A stretch of 49,783 bases of DNA from Cladosporium halotolerans (lineage: Eukaryota), in NCBI RefSeq assembly GCF_011745625.1, contig NW_027191516.1, forward strand, positions 1-49,783, in the 5' to 3' direction. The notes under the pieces were generated by a model. That model had not been told where the DNA came from, did no database searches, and worked only from the letters and a program-made list of their open reading frames with translations. The position numbers were made by a program, and so were the translations under genes. Shown piece by piece: positions 1-11,735 of the stretch (positions are counted from its first letter, which is position 1; every line of letters starts with the position of its first letter).

Positions 1-534
1 GTTCCTGCCCCTAAACACTGCAGCTGTTATCAGCTTATCATACGCTAGTGTTTCAGGTTGGCTACATATATACAGTCCTTACCTCCAGAATGTAGAGAAG
101 ATATGGGATGATATTGCGCACGATGCTACTGATCAGAAAATGATCAACAGTTACAAAGACTTGCAAATTCTCGCGAACAACGAAGGTCCAAATGGAGCAG
201 CGACATGAGCCGTGTCACGATATGAATAGGCCATTTGCGTGACCACAGATCGGTTTGCCCAATGAATTTCCTGATATCACTCCAGGTGAATCTCTGCCAC
301 TTGCCAATGTCATGTTGCAAACACCATTCGATCATCCCATCGTGCGTCAGGTGTCCCAATAAGTATCCGCGTTTAGCCGCAATGGTTTTGAATCGGGGGT
401 TGTCGCTCGGCTTATGTTCGCGATAGAAAAACAAGATGTTGGAGTCAAAACGCATGGACTCTCGAGTCTTTCCGAAATCTCGGTTTTCCATCGAGTAAGA
501 TGGCGAAAATTGGGCGTTTAAGGGAGAATGTGAC

Positions 535-840
535 TAACCGATGTCGACTTCTTGCTGAATATAGGGAAATTTGAGCGGGCTAATGACATACTGTAACATA
601 TCACGAAAGGTCTAGCGGAGTCGAAACCTATATTAGATTAGTGACTTGATCTGAGGTTTAGTCCTAAGCACGACGGTAACTGCTTGCCCAGTCCTAAGTA
701 TGACGGTAAACTGCAATCTAGTCCCAAGTATGACGGTAGAAGACTTATTGTCCCGAGTAAGACGGTAGAGGACTCACAACGTTCGGACGTAGTGGGCATG
801 GACGTGTGGTGACCCACGGTAAACGGTTCGGACCGGCGCC
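535..840 (+). repeat. Dispersed repeat copy 1 (unclassified element fragment with ~30-bp minisatellite), RIP-like mutated
   Basis: Aligns by eye to the reverse complement of ~22355-22680 (ATGTCGAC..CTTGCT..GAGCGGGCTAA..GACATACTG..CTAGCGGAGTCGAA..GTGACTTGATC.GAGGTTTAGTCCT). Four ~30-bp units starting GTCCYRAGYAHGACGGTA lie at 661-770. Confidence 0.8.
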
Positions 841-1882
841 GTACTAAACGATCAACTGTATTCAGACCGCCCGTCTATGCGGTCCGGCTTATAACGGATC
901 TCACGGTCGCTCACGATAAACTCGGGGAGTCGTCGTGGGAAAACTGGTACCTCTATAGAGTAGTAGGAGACGGATGCTGGTACGTCTATCGAACTAAGCG
1001 ACACCTCCTGGTCGATCGGGCTAGCTTTAATGTCCCGACTAAACACGCGTAAGAGATATAGTATCTCTAGTCTAAGAATGTCTAGACATATACAGACCCC
1101 TCTCTCTCTACGATGTAAGTCCGAGAGTGAGCTGGAAGTGGTGGGTATTCCCCGGTAACGGTGCTCGGGTTATAGTATCTGGCGGTCGTTATATACACAG
1201 ATCTCGACCGTCGCCGGGGCTAATCTCTTAATGGACGTTACAGTAGGAAGATAGATTGGCTAGTACCGTCTTGACGATATTCTGCCCTTCAGGACGTCGG
1301 ACTATTCTAACCGGTGGATAACCTCACCTACCTTAGCGGGAATAACGGGTGAGTGCGTTTAGCATTAGTATCATCGGGCAATAGGATAATATGGAGGAGC
1401 ACCCCTTTTGCTTCAGTATCGTAGAGCCCCTTTCGTGAACCTCTTAGAGGAACGTCGCATAAAGAAGAGCTCTCCTTCAGACCCTCGAGTTCCGGAGTTA
1501 TCCCCTCCCGAATAGCTCATAGGGGACCTTATGCTTCAGCGCGTGTTGGATCAGGTGTAAAGGTAGACTAGCTTATATAAACTCAGTCAATGAACACCTA
1601 GCCCTCTTCACCATGGCCACCTGCAAACTTGCGACAAGCATGACATTCGGCGGAAGCGATCCGGTACATCGGCTGCGTTAGCGCCCCCGTCCACGCGCCA
1701 GCGGGATGCAACATGTCGCGCGCAACACTCAGCTCGAGAAAGCAGCCGACGCACATGGCCGGTGAGTCTAGCAGAAATCTACCCAGATGAAAGAGATACT
1801 ACTTACGTTTTAAGTTAGTCTTTGACGATAAAAAACTACGCTAATTTCGTGCAAAGTGTTAAGAGTAAGGATTCCTGGCTTC

Positions 1883-3364
1883 TTACCACCAATCGTGCTG
1901 CTGAGCCTGCCAGTTTGCTAGAGCACATCCTCTAATATCATCTACACTTAGTACGCTAGCACCCTCTTTCATTAATACGTGCCAAACATGGTTCCTGAGT
2001 GAGATCGGCCAGGCCGGTGTATCCCAGTACCTCACTACAAGCCCTTTCATCCGTGCTCCTTTAATTTGGCCGCGAATGACTCGCATCTGACTATGGGATA
2101 GGTGGCCGCGCCACACATATCCAGTTGCAGACCGAAACGAGACACTAGCGTAATGCGAATTGGAACTGTTCAAGGGGGGGAGAAACCTCAGGCCCGCATC
2201 TTCGGTATTCGCGATATGAGGAAAGTCTGCTTCGTCTTGGGCCATCGCAGTGCCGTAATCCATTGTCGCTGTTCTTCCATCACCCGGGAGGGGCGTATTT
2301 CGAGGGGTTTGCCACATTTTGTCGAGCGGCGCATCGAGGAACACGTCCCGATTCGAAAGGCCCTCAAGAATGGATTTGAATGCCACCCGACCGGTGGCTA
2401 CTACAGTCACAGCTCCCTCAACGCGTCTTTCTCCGTCATAATAGGTCAAATAGCCTTTGTCCCGAAGAGGCTGGAGCTGTTCATATAGAAGAGGGAATGT
2501 CGACGCATCGCTGGTTTTGAGGTCAACCAGTAACACAAGTGACGTGTTTGGAGATTTATCAAAGACTGCGGGACGAGGAGGCGTTGCAGAGCCAAGGAAT
2601 TCCAAGTCCCTCGCTCGAGAATCGAGGATCTCCACCAGTGGCTGAATATACATACGATTGAAGGTGTTATTCCTGCTCAGTGATTGGATGCTATGCCCGA
2701 CGTATAGGTTCCCAGCAAAATTCCAGACATCAGCCTCAACCCCAGTGCAGCCAAGGGCGATAGCGTCCAGAAGCGGTTGTACGCGCCAGTAGTCATTATG
2801 CGAATGGCAAGGAATTGGTAATGCTGTGCCCGCTGCCTCCAAGGCCTTATCCAAGGGCGGAAGGCTCTCGTGGCTCAGTCTTCCCCAGCTAGGTGGAAAG
2901 GCTTCATCTGTTTCAAAAATCCAAAACATTCTCTCACGACCAACAACAGTCTGCAGGATATGTAATGCCCCAAATGCCATCAGCAGGAGACACGGCATGA
3001 TCACTAACATCCTCTTGAGAAAACCCCGAAAAAAGTAGCGATTCCAGCGTCGTGGCACTTTGCGTTGCTTTCTAAGTCGGAAGGAAGGGAGAAAATCATC
3101 GAGTTCGATGGGTGAGGGATCATATATATCGTTGTCGTAGTTGTCGCGCTGACGTTGATCGATGAGGCTAGCATAGATCCGAGAGAAAGGCAAACCACGC
3201 GTATTGTCGCATTGACATGCCCGAGAAGCTTCTTCAACGGCCTCCAGAGAGCCAGGTGCGAGAGACCCGTTGCTTGTCATGCTGCCTATGTTAAGCGCAC
3301 AAGATTTGTTGATCCGGTCTGCTTGTTCGTCGATGGGATAGTTCCCGGTTTCTCGAGGACGCAA
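1883..3364 (-). CDS. Aim6-like PLC-like phosphodiesterase (TIM barrel) with an N-terminal transmembrane anchor
   Basis: Intact 493-aa ORF. Motifs IPCHSHNDYWR, GCTGVEADVW, LYVGH, LVLLVDLKT and VRYWDTP are typical of fungal Aim6-family proteins. A hydrophobic segment MLVIMPCLLLMAFGALHIL precedes the domain. Confidence 0.85.
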   Translation of the reverse strand: MRPRETGNYPIDEQADRINKSCALNIGSMTSNGSLAPGSLEAVEEASRACQCDNTRGLPFSRIYASLIDQRQRDNYDNDIYDPSPIELDDFLPSFRLRKQRKVPRRWNRYFFRGFLKRMLVIMPCLLLMAFGALHILQTVVGRERMFWIFETDEAFPPSWGRLSHESLPPLDKALEAAGTALPIPCHSHNDYWRVQPLLDAIALGCTGVEADVWNFAGNLYVGHSIQSLSRNNTFNRMYIQPLVEILDSRARDLEFLGSATPPRPAVFDKSPNTSLVLLVDLKTSDASTFPLLYEQLQPLRDKGYLTYYDGERRVEGAVTVVATGRVAFKSILEGLSNRDVFLDAPLDKMWQTPRNTPLPGDGRTATMDYGTAMAQDEADFPHIANTEDAGLRFLPPLNSSNSHYASVSFRSATGYVWRGHLSHSQMRVIRGQIKGARMKGLVVRYWDTPAWPISLRNHVWHVLMKEGASVLSVDDIRGCALANWQAQQHDWW

Positions 3365-3800
3365 ATGGTAGAGCTTGATTTATGAACCAAGAGAGGACGT
3401 GGAGAAGCGAGTCCAAAGAAATTGCGCAGGCTAATGCTACAGTATTTCTTCCTCTTGAAACCACTTCGGTCTACCCTACTTCGATGCCGCGCGTCAATTT
3501 TCACGACCAGGTCCAGGTAGTGTATTTAGCCTTTCGTGGCTTGAGCTGGCAGCAGCAGCGGATCAAACATACACGTCACATCAGCCGAGCGAAAAACCGC
3601 ACCGTCAGTGGAGACCAAACATGGCTCTGAGATACTTATTTGAACACAAACCTGCCCGAAAGCTGGTACTGATAGCTTTCCCTCAGTGACAGCAAATACT
3701 GCCATTGTATTCTCACGCTACAATATCCTGCAACCTCATAGCCGACCGCCACACCAATACACCATACCAAGAAGCTCCTTCCGACGAATAACAACCGGTT

Positions 3801-5130
3801 ATGGGCTGATACAACTGGGTCACGCCAAGCACACCTGCTTTCAGTGTACTTGCTGTTATTACCTCGATATATGTCGGTTTTGTCATTTACCCGTACGGTT
3901 CAAAGGCAAAAGATGGACATGAGCGCCAGGCTACCTATGCTCAGCTCGCCATTGCATCTTACGTTGCCGTTTTGCACGGCTTGTCCGTCGCATTCCCGAT
4001 CCGGGCCTGTCGGTCGTTGCGCGATGTTACGCGGAGAATGCAAGATTCTACCGTTGAATTTGCAGACAAGGCTCCGCACAGCACAAGAAACGTTATGGAC
4101 GCAACGGGGGATATCTTTGAGTTCCCGACGACTTTATTCGTCATTATCCTGCCTTCATATAAAGAAGATCCAGAAACACTTGAGACGACGTTGGATGTAC
4201 TCGCATGTCATCCACAGGCTCGCAAATGCTACCACGTAAGTCAATTCTCGAGTCTTCTATACCTCCCTGGGCTTAGTATCTCTTGAGTGGTGCGTCAAAA
4301 TCTGCACTTGGTCAAATATTGACAGCAAATAGGTTTACTTAGCCATGGAGGAACGAGAAGAAGGTTCCTTGGGCAAAGCTGAGACGTTAACACGCGCGTT
4401 TCGCCCGCGGTTTTTCCGCTTGAGCCATACAATTCATCCTGCAAACCTACTAGGTGAAGCACCGGGCAAAAGCAGTAATGAAAGCTGGGCAGCGAAGCAG
4501 GCTGTCAAGGATTACGCTCAAATGTCGCTGATGAAAGATGTTATCATGACTGTCATGGACGGTGCGTTATGACCCATCGAGCTTCGGGTGCTGATCCTCG
4601 GGTGTTTTACTGATTCCACACAGCGGATTCACATCTCCTATCGCGTTACTTCACAGAAATTGAGCGGATGCATAATGCATGTCTCAATAAGCATGCCTCG
4701 ACTATCTACGTACCGCCGCTGATCTTCGACCGCAATTCGCATCAAGTGCCTCTCTTTGTTCGCACAGCTGATATAATGTGGGCTGCCGCTGGGATCTCCA
4801 GCCTCTACCTGGGATCCAAGGTATGCATACCGACTTCCGTGTATTCTTTGCCAATGACGATGGCCGAATCTGTGGGGGGTTGGGATACTGGAGCAGTTGC
4901 CATCGGGGAGGATATGCACATGTACCTCAAGTGCTTTTTTGCGGTTTCCGGAAACCTTGAACCTAAGGTCGTGTACGCGGCAGCAAGCCAGTCAAATATC
5001 AGCAGCAATCGCGCGGGCATAAAGGGTTATCTCAGCACGTTACAGGCGCGGTACAAGCAGGCCTTGCGACACATGTGGGGATCACTTGATACTGGGTTCG
5101 CCATTCGGGAGACTGTGAGAATGCTCGATC
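3801..5130 (+). pseudogene. Membrane glycosyltransferase family 2 (Glyco_trans_2_3-like), disrupted
   Basis: Exons 3801-4235, 4333-4561 and 4624-~5130, with GTAAGT..AG and GTGCGT..CAG introns that keep the frame. Motifs ILPSYKE, PGKSSN, MDADSH, IGEDMHMYLKC, QALRHMWG. Codon 3 is TGA (ATG GGC TGA TAC AAC TGG) and the C-terminal TM region is replaced by LINE sequence. Confidence 0.85.
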
Positions 5131-8100
5131 GGCATAGCACCCATCTGTGTGACTGGCAGCAAGTTGTGTTCTTCCGCCAACGCTGACATCCGGCGGGCAA
5201 CGATCTTCCCGAGCACCTTCCCGAGCGTGTTGAGCAGAGCTTTAGGTCTGTATGCTTTCGCCACATCATATGCTGGCTTCTGTGGCTTCCTTAAGACTAC
5301 CGTTCTGGAGTGGCGGAAGCGTGTTGGGTGGTAAGATCTCCGCAAGCAGGACTGAAACAGTTTGGCTAAGGGCTCTGCGACTACATCTCTGCACTCGCGA
5401 AGGAAGCGGTTAGGTATACTGTCCGACCCTGGGGCCTTGTCTGGCGCGATTGTCTTCAGCATGTCTCTGATCTCGTCCGCAGTGACCTCCTGGCTCATCG
5501 AGAGCTCGCGCGGGTATCTATAGCCCTCGATGTCGGTGAGACCTGCCCTCACCGGTGGCGGGAAGAAATTTTCTGCGAGCACGTTGGCTTTTGCTCCGTT
5601 CGAGCTGCGGTGCGTAACATCTCTGTCTTTTATCGGTGGGAACTGAGGAGGCGACGGCGGCTCTTGGGCTGTCGTTCGTGCCCACTTCGTCAACCGCCAC
5701 ATCTTTGCCGGATCACGCATGGTATCGGCCACGGTTCGTCTCCAACCCAGCGTGCTATCTCTCTTGATCTGCCGTTTCTTCTCGTTTACCGCCTGGCGTA
5801 GCTGATATAGGACCCTTGAGCCGCCCACTTCCGTCGGGCTCGTCGAGCGCACTTGACGCTCTCCGTACATTCGTTACTCCAACCAGTACGGATCCAGCGG
5901 GAAGGTCTGGCCAGGGGAATGGTGTCGCGGATAGTGTCTTGGATGATCGTCTGCAGTTTGGCTACCCTCTTGTCCAGGGCCTCTACTTCGTCTACTTGTC
6001 GTCTGTCCGGGTCACTTGACTCGTTCGGGCACTCCTGGTTTAGCCCTCCTAGCCGATGCTTCAGGCGCTTGCGCACCTGCTCCCAGTCCGCCTTGTGCCA
6101 CTGGAGTTGTGCTGTGGGCTCCGCTTGCTGTGGAACTGATGCCTCGATCGACGTGATGATCGGTATATGGTCAGAGTCCGAGTCTAATTCCTCACACGGT
6201 TGGCATTGCAGCACTTGCTTTGTTATCCCTGGCATCGCAAAGGACAGGTCCAGCGTGCTCATGCTGCTGCCTGATCTCCACGTCATGGTACCTTGCGGCA
6301 AGATCAGCTGCAGGTTGCTCTGCGCTGTGATTTCAATCAGGGTGTCTGCTAGTGTGTGTTGAGTAGGTAGCATAGTTCCGCCTCATAGCGGATGATGTAG
6401 GTTGAAGTCTCCGACCAGAAGGTGTTCACCTGGGCAGTCGAGCGCTAGTGGGAGCAGCTGCAGGGTGGCAAGGTTACGGCTGGTCAGGAGCTTTGGGGGA
6501 GGGTTGTAGCAATTATGGATATGTAGTGTCCTGCCGCCTAGGTGAATTGTGAGGGTCACAAGGTCCGGCGAATGCTCCGTAGTCTCCCACTTGTTGTGGT
6601 CGATCGCTTTGCTAACATAGAAGCATACCCGTGTCTCTTTGCTCAATGGGTAGATCAAGTGGTAGTTTGGAGGTCGACCTGTTGTCTGCATCTGTGGGTT
6701 GCGCCACGGTTCCTGTAAAGCTAGGATGTGGTGCCTCTCGGGATTCAGCGACTTGGACATGGACGTCATCACGCGGTTTCTGCTTTTGTTTACGTTGTAC
6801 TGTATGATGTTGAGCGTTTGTATCGTATCAAGCATCGTCGCCCATGTCTGTGTCTGCTGGCTTTTCTATGTGGGTATCTGATCTTGCACTTTGTGATGCG
6901 CTGCTAAATGTTCTAGCCCGGGGTTGGAAAACGTTCGTAAACGACAACGTCCGTTGGGATGGAGCGTTAGGAGTCTGGACTGCCGGAGGCCGGCCTGGTC
7001 CAGCTCGTTTCCGGTCAGTTGCAGCCGGCGAGAGCTTCCGTTTCTTTGACTCAACCAGAGTCCAGCCGCGCTCTTCTTCGATGCTGACGGTCGCACATGA
7101 TCGTTGCGGAAAGCGAGTCGGCGCCGTGCATCTGGCTTGCATGCTTTTGACCTTGGCCGCTCGACGGATACTGCATTCGAGATTCCAGGCTGCGTGTCTC
7201 TTTCCACAATTAGCGCATTTGAGCTGCGTTTGGGTGGTACACTCCTGTGTGTTATGCTTTCCAGCACAGTATCCATAGGCTTCTACCTTACGACAGACCG
7301 GTGCGACATGGCCGTAGGCCTGACACTTGAAGCATTGCGTGAGTCTCGACTCCGGACTGTAGTACTCCGCTAGGTGAAGAGCGAAGTTGCTGACGAGGCC
7401 GCGCTGGATGATCCCGTTCGCCATTTGTTCCGTCGCGACGCCCACTATGAGAGAAGCGTGGGTTTTACCCGGGGCGTGCCTGCGGTTGAGCCAGGAAACT
7501 CGCGTGATCTTGAGACCATTGTGGAGAGCTTGGTTTTCCTCCTGTAGCTTCGCGACATCTTCTACCCGTTTCGGGTCGATGGAGTTCACTCGAATGCTAT
7601 GGACTAAGACTTCGTATGTGTCTTCCGCTATGCTGCATGATTGCCCAAAGCGAGCGGTCCACGACCTGTCCTGTAGTAGGGCCGCCTTGGTCCGCTCACC
7701 AGTCAGGAACAGGCGGAGGTCTCCACTCGGAAGTTTCCTGACCGCTACCACCTCTTTCCCATCAGGTCGATCCTGCTGTATTCTTTGTATGATCTCTTCA
7801 TTCGGCAAATTTTGTGCGTTCTTTCTTTCTTCAGGGTCAGAGATGCGGATGGTGAGTTCGGGGCCCTGAGGCTGGGGGTTAGGGGATCTCGGCGGTGTCG
7901 GCGCGAGCGCGGTCGCAATTTGAGCCCATGTTGGGCTTGGGGACGAAGGCGGCGAGGCTGGCGGCGTCGCTAGGCCTTTGACGGCTTCGTGAACTGCCTG
8001 GACCTCTCGGAGGATGGCGTTTGTGGTCGGGTGTGCTGATAATGGTTCCTGCTGTAAACAGGGCGGTGAGCGTATCTTTGGCTTCGCAGAGGAAGACGCG

Positions 8101-8388
8101 AAGAAGGGATGTCTGAATGGATGATGACGAGACGTTGGGCGCGTCTAAGGTTTCAAGGAATGCTGCTGCGGTCTCGATGAGCTGTTGGGTGTTTGGGGCT
8201 ACGTTCACAATGTTGTGGGAGCTAGGGGTGCGCGGCGAACGCGTCGCGGCGGGGGCCTGACGACCCTCCTCCGCTGCCTTTCCGCCGGCGCCGCCAGCGA
8301 CATGGACATCATCACGGTGTTCACGGGATAGCATCGATGAGGATAGTCCCCTCATCGATGCCGGAGGGATGTTTCGATGTTGTTGTGA
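5130..8388 (-). mobile_element. Tad1-type non-LTR retrotransposon (LINE A), 3'-truncated and frameshifted
   Basis: ORF1 6828-7808 (plus upstream piece 7879-~8300) has CCHC knuckles (CFKCQAYGHVAPVC, CANCGKRHAAWNLEC). AP-endonuclease pieces 6383-6835 (QYNV, LQEP, GDFNLHHP) and 5786-6373 (DSDH). The RT N-terminus (KAPGSDSI, KAYRP, QMGA) breaks off at ~5130. Confidence 0.9.
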
Positions 8389-9830
8389 CTTTTTTTTTTT
8401 TAGGCGATTAGGCACATTGATTGATTGATTAATTGATCTGTTAAGCTATGCGCAGGTTCGACACCCGTATGAGCTTTTCCTAAGATCTACCTAACGACCA
8501 AGCTCTCGTAATCGCCTCGACTCAATCGAGTTTCCCCAAGTCTGGTTTCCGTAACGAAGTGGGACAGGGGTAGCCACTCCGTGAGAGCTCTGTTTAAAAT
8601 CACACAGCGCTTATGGAGTGTGAACCTCGCTGGAGGGCGAGCCTGAAAACGTCCTTTTGCCTTGAGAAAATGCACTGTTTCCCACACCATCTTGCAATCT
8701 GGTTTCCATTTTCCCGGGACATCAATCAGTCGGCCGTTATTCGGATCTCGTTTCGAGCTTCGTCCTCCTAGGAGGTACGAAATGTCTCCCCATTTCTGGC
8801 CAGCTTTCTCTATGAGCCTTTCACGTAGGTGGCTCCATCGCTTACACCACAGTAGGGCATGGCTGACGGTCTCATCGCCATCGCCGCAGCTGCACTTGCT
8901 GTCCTCATTGATTTTGATCCTCGCAAGGTACGTGCTCAGACGCGCATGCCCATTTCGTGCCTGCGCAAGAATGCTGGCCTCTTCCCGTGAAAGCATGCCA
9001 TACAACTTCAGGACGTGTTTGCCAGGCAGAGCGGCGTCGAGATTGTAAGTGTGCCTTCCCCAGGGCGACGATGAGGCCGTGCTCTCTCGCCTGACTGTCT
9101 CGTCCACAATTCTCATCACCTTTGGCCGTTCACTCACTCGAAATGCCGGGACTCTTGTCGGCCGTCCAGGCACTTCCGTCAGTTGTCTGGCTGCACGATC
9201 TGCTGCTTCATTGCCAGCTATGCCTTTGTGGGTGGATGTCCAGAGTATGTCAAAGTCCAGCCCTTCCTCTAGACACAAACCAATTGCTCTCAGCACCAAA
9301 CCGACCGCATGTCTTGCCTTGGCTGAGCGGTTCCTCTTGTTGATCATTGTGATCGACTCTTGGCTGTCTGTCACTATGGAGAAGTGTCTTCCCGCACTTC
9401 TGGCGTAAAGCGCGGCAAGCTCGATGCCCTTGAGGTCAGCGGCAGTGGCGGAGCACGTGCGCTCACATCTTACCGTGGCCTAGTATATCAGTTTTGGTAT
9501 GCGACCAAGTTTGCCAAAGTCCAGAACTGTCACTGCTACACTAGCAACGTTATTCCGAACCGAGGCATCGGGATAGAGCACCAGCCTTGCCTGAGCCTGA
9601 ATGGTGAGTTTGTACCGCTTGATGGCTTCCTCAGCCGAATGCGGAATCGCAATTTGAGGAAGCGTCTTCCACGGCTGCAGCGTGTAGGGTAGCCTGGAGC
9701 TGATACCAACTAGACAGTCTTCTTGGATTTTGGGACGGTACCTGAGGATCGTATCCGCCAAAGGTGAGCGATATCTTCCGGTGTCCTGCAAATACAAGAC
9801 CTTGTGTATCGGTTGCCCTTGGTCCTCAGA
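8389..9830 (-). mobile_element. 5'-truncated LINE (LINE B): RNase H plus C-terminal Cys/His region with 3' tail
   Basis: RNase H motifs YPDASV, TDSQ and HKGIAGNEAADRAA, then CSCGDGDETVSHALLWC. The sense-strand 3' end has (ATCA)n and an A13 run (T-run at 8389-8401). Confidence 0.8.
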
Positions 9831-10719
9831 ATTGGGATAGGGTCGCGGCATGCCCCCCATCATAGAGGCCCCCATCTCAAGCCCGCCTATATTCCAAGGC
9901 GCCCGCCCTTATCCTGAGATTTGCTCCTTAAGCACACAGCAAAGGCTCCGCCAGTGGCGATACCACCCTTTGTATGAGGAACAAGGCTCCCAGTACGAGT
10001 GGGCTAGCGGCTTCCTCAATGTGTAACGACATGCGCATCCGTCCTTTCGAGCCACGCAGGCGGTGTCAGCCGTCGCCGCCATTGCGTGCTGCCCCGCGGC
10101 CGAAGCCGTTTCGCGTTACTCCGGGAGGTCTCCCTCGTCGAGGCCGACCATGTCTTTCCGTGTGGGATCGAGGCAGCGTCCTAACCAGCAGCGGAAGCCT
10201 CTTTGCGCACCCGACTGACCAACCCAACCCTCGCGTCTTAACAAGTCCGTCGTAGAGGGGCACTGTCCCTCGAAAGAGCACAGCCCTCGTGTTTCAACAG
10301 ATCCGCAGAGCGGTGGTCTGTCTCCCAAGATGGAGCACAAAGGCCGTGTCTTAACAAGTTCCCTGCGCCGGTGACCCGTCCCCTCGCTTTCGCGTGCGGC
10401 TTCTACACCGCAACGGGGCGCAAGTCGGCAACCCTCGCCAGCACGCCAGCCAACTGCACATGCGGTGCTGATCCCAGAGCGCTTGTAGGTCAGGGGTGTC
10501 CTGTCTCTTGCCTAGCTCAATTGCACTTCCGCCGGCCTTCTTGTCTTAACAGTGTCCCTGTCCCCGTCCAGCTCTTTCAAGCGGCTGTTCGACCAGCTAC
10601 TGGGGGCAACAAGCGATGCGCCGGCTTTGGGCCCAGGTCGATGTTCTGGGTAGGCAAGAGTCGGATGGTTTTCTGACGCCAATATCCCCTGGTTTGTGAT
10701 GATGTGTTTCTCGACTTTG

Positions 10720-11320
10720 TTCATGGCTGCTCGTTCTGTTGCTCCTGGTCAGCTGCTGCCCTGGCGTGGTTGACTCTTACCTCTGCCAGAGTGCGCCATC
10801 TAGCAAAAGATGCGAATCCATCGACAGGCGACACCTCCCGAGCTTTCGCCCGGTACCTCAGTGCGAGTGGGGTAGATGGATATGCTAGACGGTGGTGGTG
10901 GCTGAGGTCGTCGCCGTCGCGTCGCGCTCCGCCGGCTTCGCGACCGGGCGCGCCGCGGCGGCGGGACCTTTTCGCGTCTTCGTCCAGGACGAGACCATTT
11001 ACGTGTCTTTGTCTAGGACAGGCTGCTTTTTCGGCCATCCCAAGGCCTGTTGGAGGCTCACTTCGAACAGCTAGCGTCTGGCGAAGTTTCCGATTGGCTC
11101 GGAGGCCTTCCCGCCTCGTTCAGACCCTGAAACGTCGCTCGAGGGTGTATCTCCGCAGCCTTTACTGGGGGATAACATTCCCGCCAGCGAGGCGTCGGAG
11201 ATCACGTTGCTGTGCACGCAGTATGCTTAGTCTGTGCTCTCGATTGGTATAAAAGATGACCTCGTCTGTGACAAAGATGAAAAGAGTTTGTTGGAGCGCA
11301 TTCCTGTGAGCTTCGCTTGC
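10720..11320 (-). mobile_element. Degenerate 5' (ORF1 start) fragment of the LINE C family
   Basis: 11160-11280 resembles 21325-21440 (TTTACTG.GGG..ACAT.CCCGCCAGC.AGGCG..GGAGATC...GTGCAC...GTGACAAAG). Confidence 0.5.
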
Positions 11321-11735
11321 TGTAGCTTAGTCCTGCCAAAAGTCAAGAAGGGAAACAGAATGACCAGTCACTGGTAACAAATTTGAGGGACTAGGCGCCA
11401 CAGAGCTCGACATCAAGCGTGATCTTCCAACGTAATTAGAGGAACCAACGGGCTGTGAAAATCTCACAACAGAATACGGAAACGTGTGGTATCTATCTAG
11501 CTGCAGATGAGACTGGCGTAAATCCTCATTCTCAGTCGCAGTTACAAGCACCTCGACGTTTTGTGCGAATATTACAGGGTTCCAGAAGATGAGTGCAGTC
11601 ACGTGAGAGTCGGCACGTCGGTCAGCATGGAGGATATGAATCAAGACTTAGTAAGTCCGTTTTCGGTGTGGTGTAGTGGGATCACCATGTTCTGTCTGAG
11701 CTACGAAAGTCTTTGATTTGAGAACGTTTGTAAGT

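Noticed and set aside
144..491. 115-aa minus-strand ORF
   Set aside because: No recognisable motif and adjacent to repeat debris, so a gene call cannot be supported.
661..770. Repeat-spacer look resembling a CRISPR array (also 22420-22555)
   Set aside because: Eukaryotic context, degenerate units with ~12-bp related spacers and no cas genes. It is a minisatellite.
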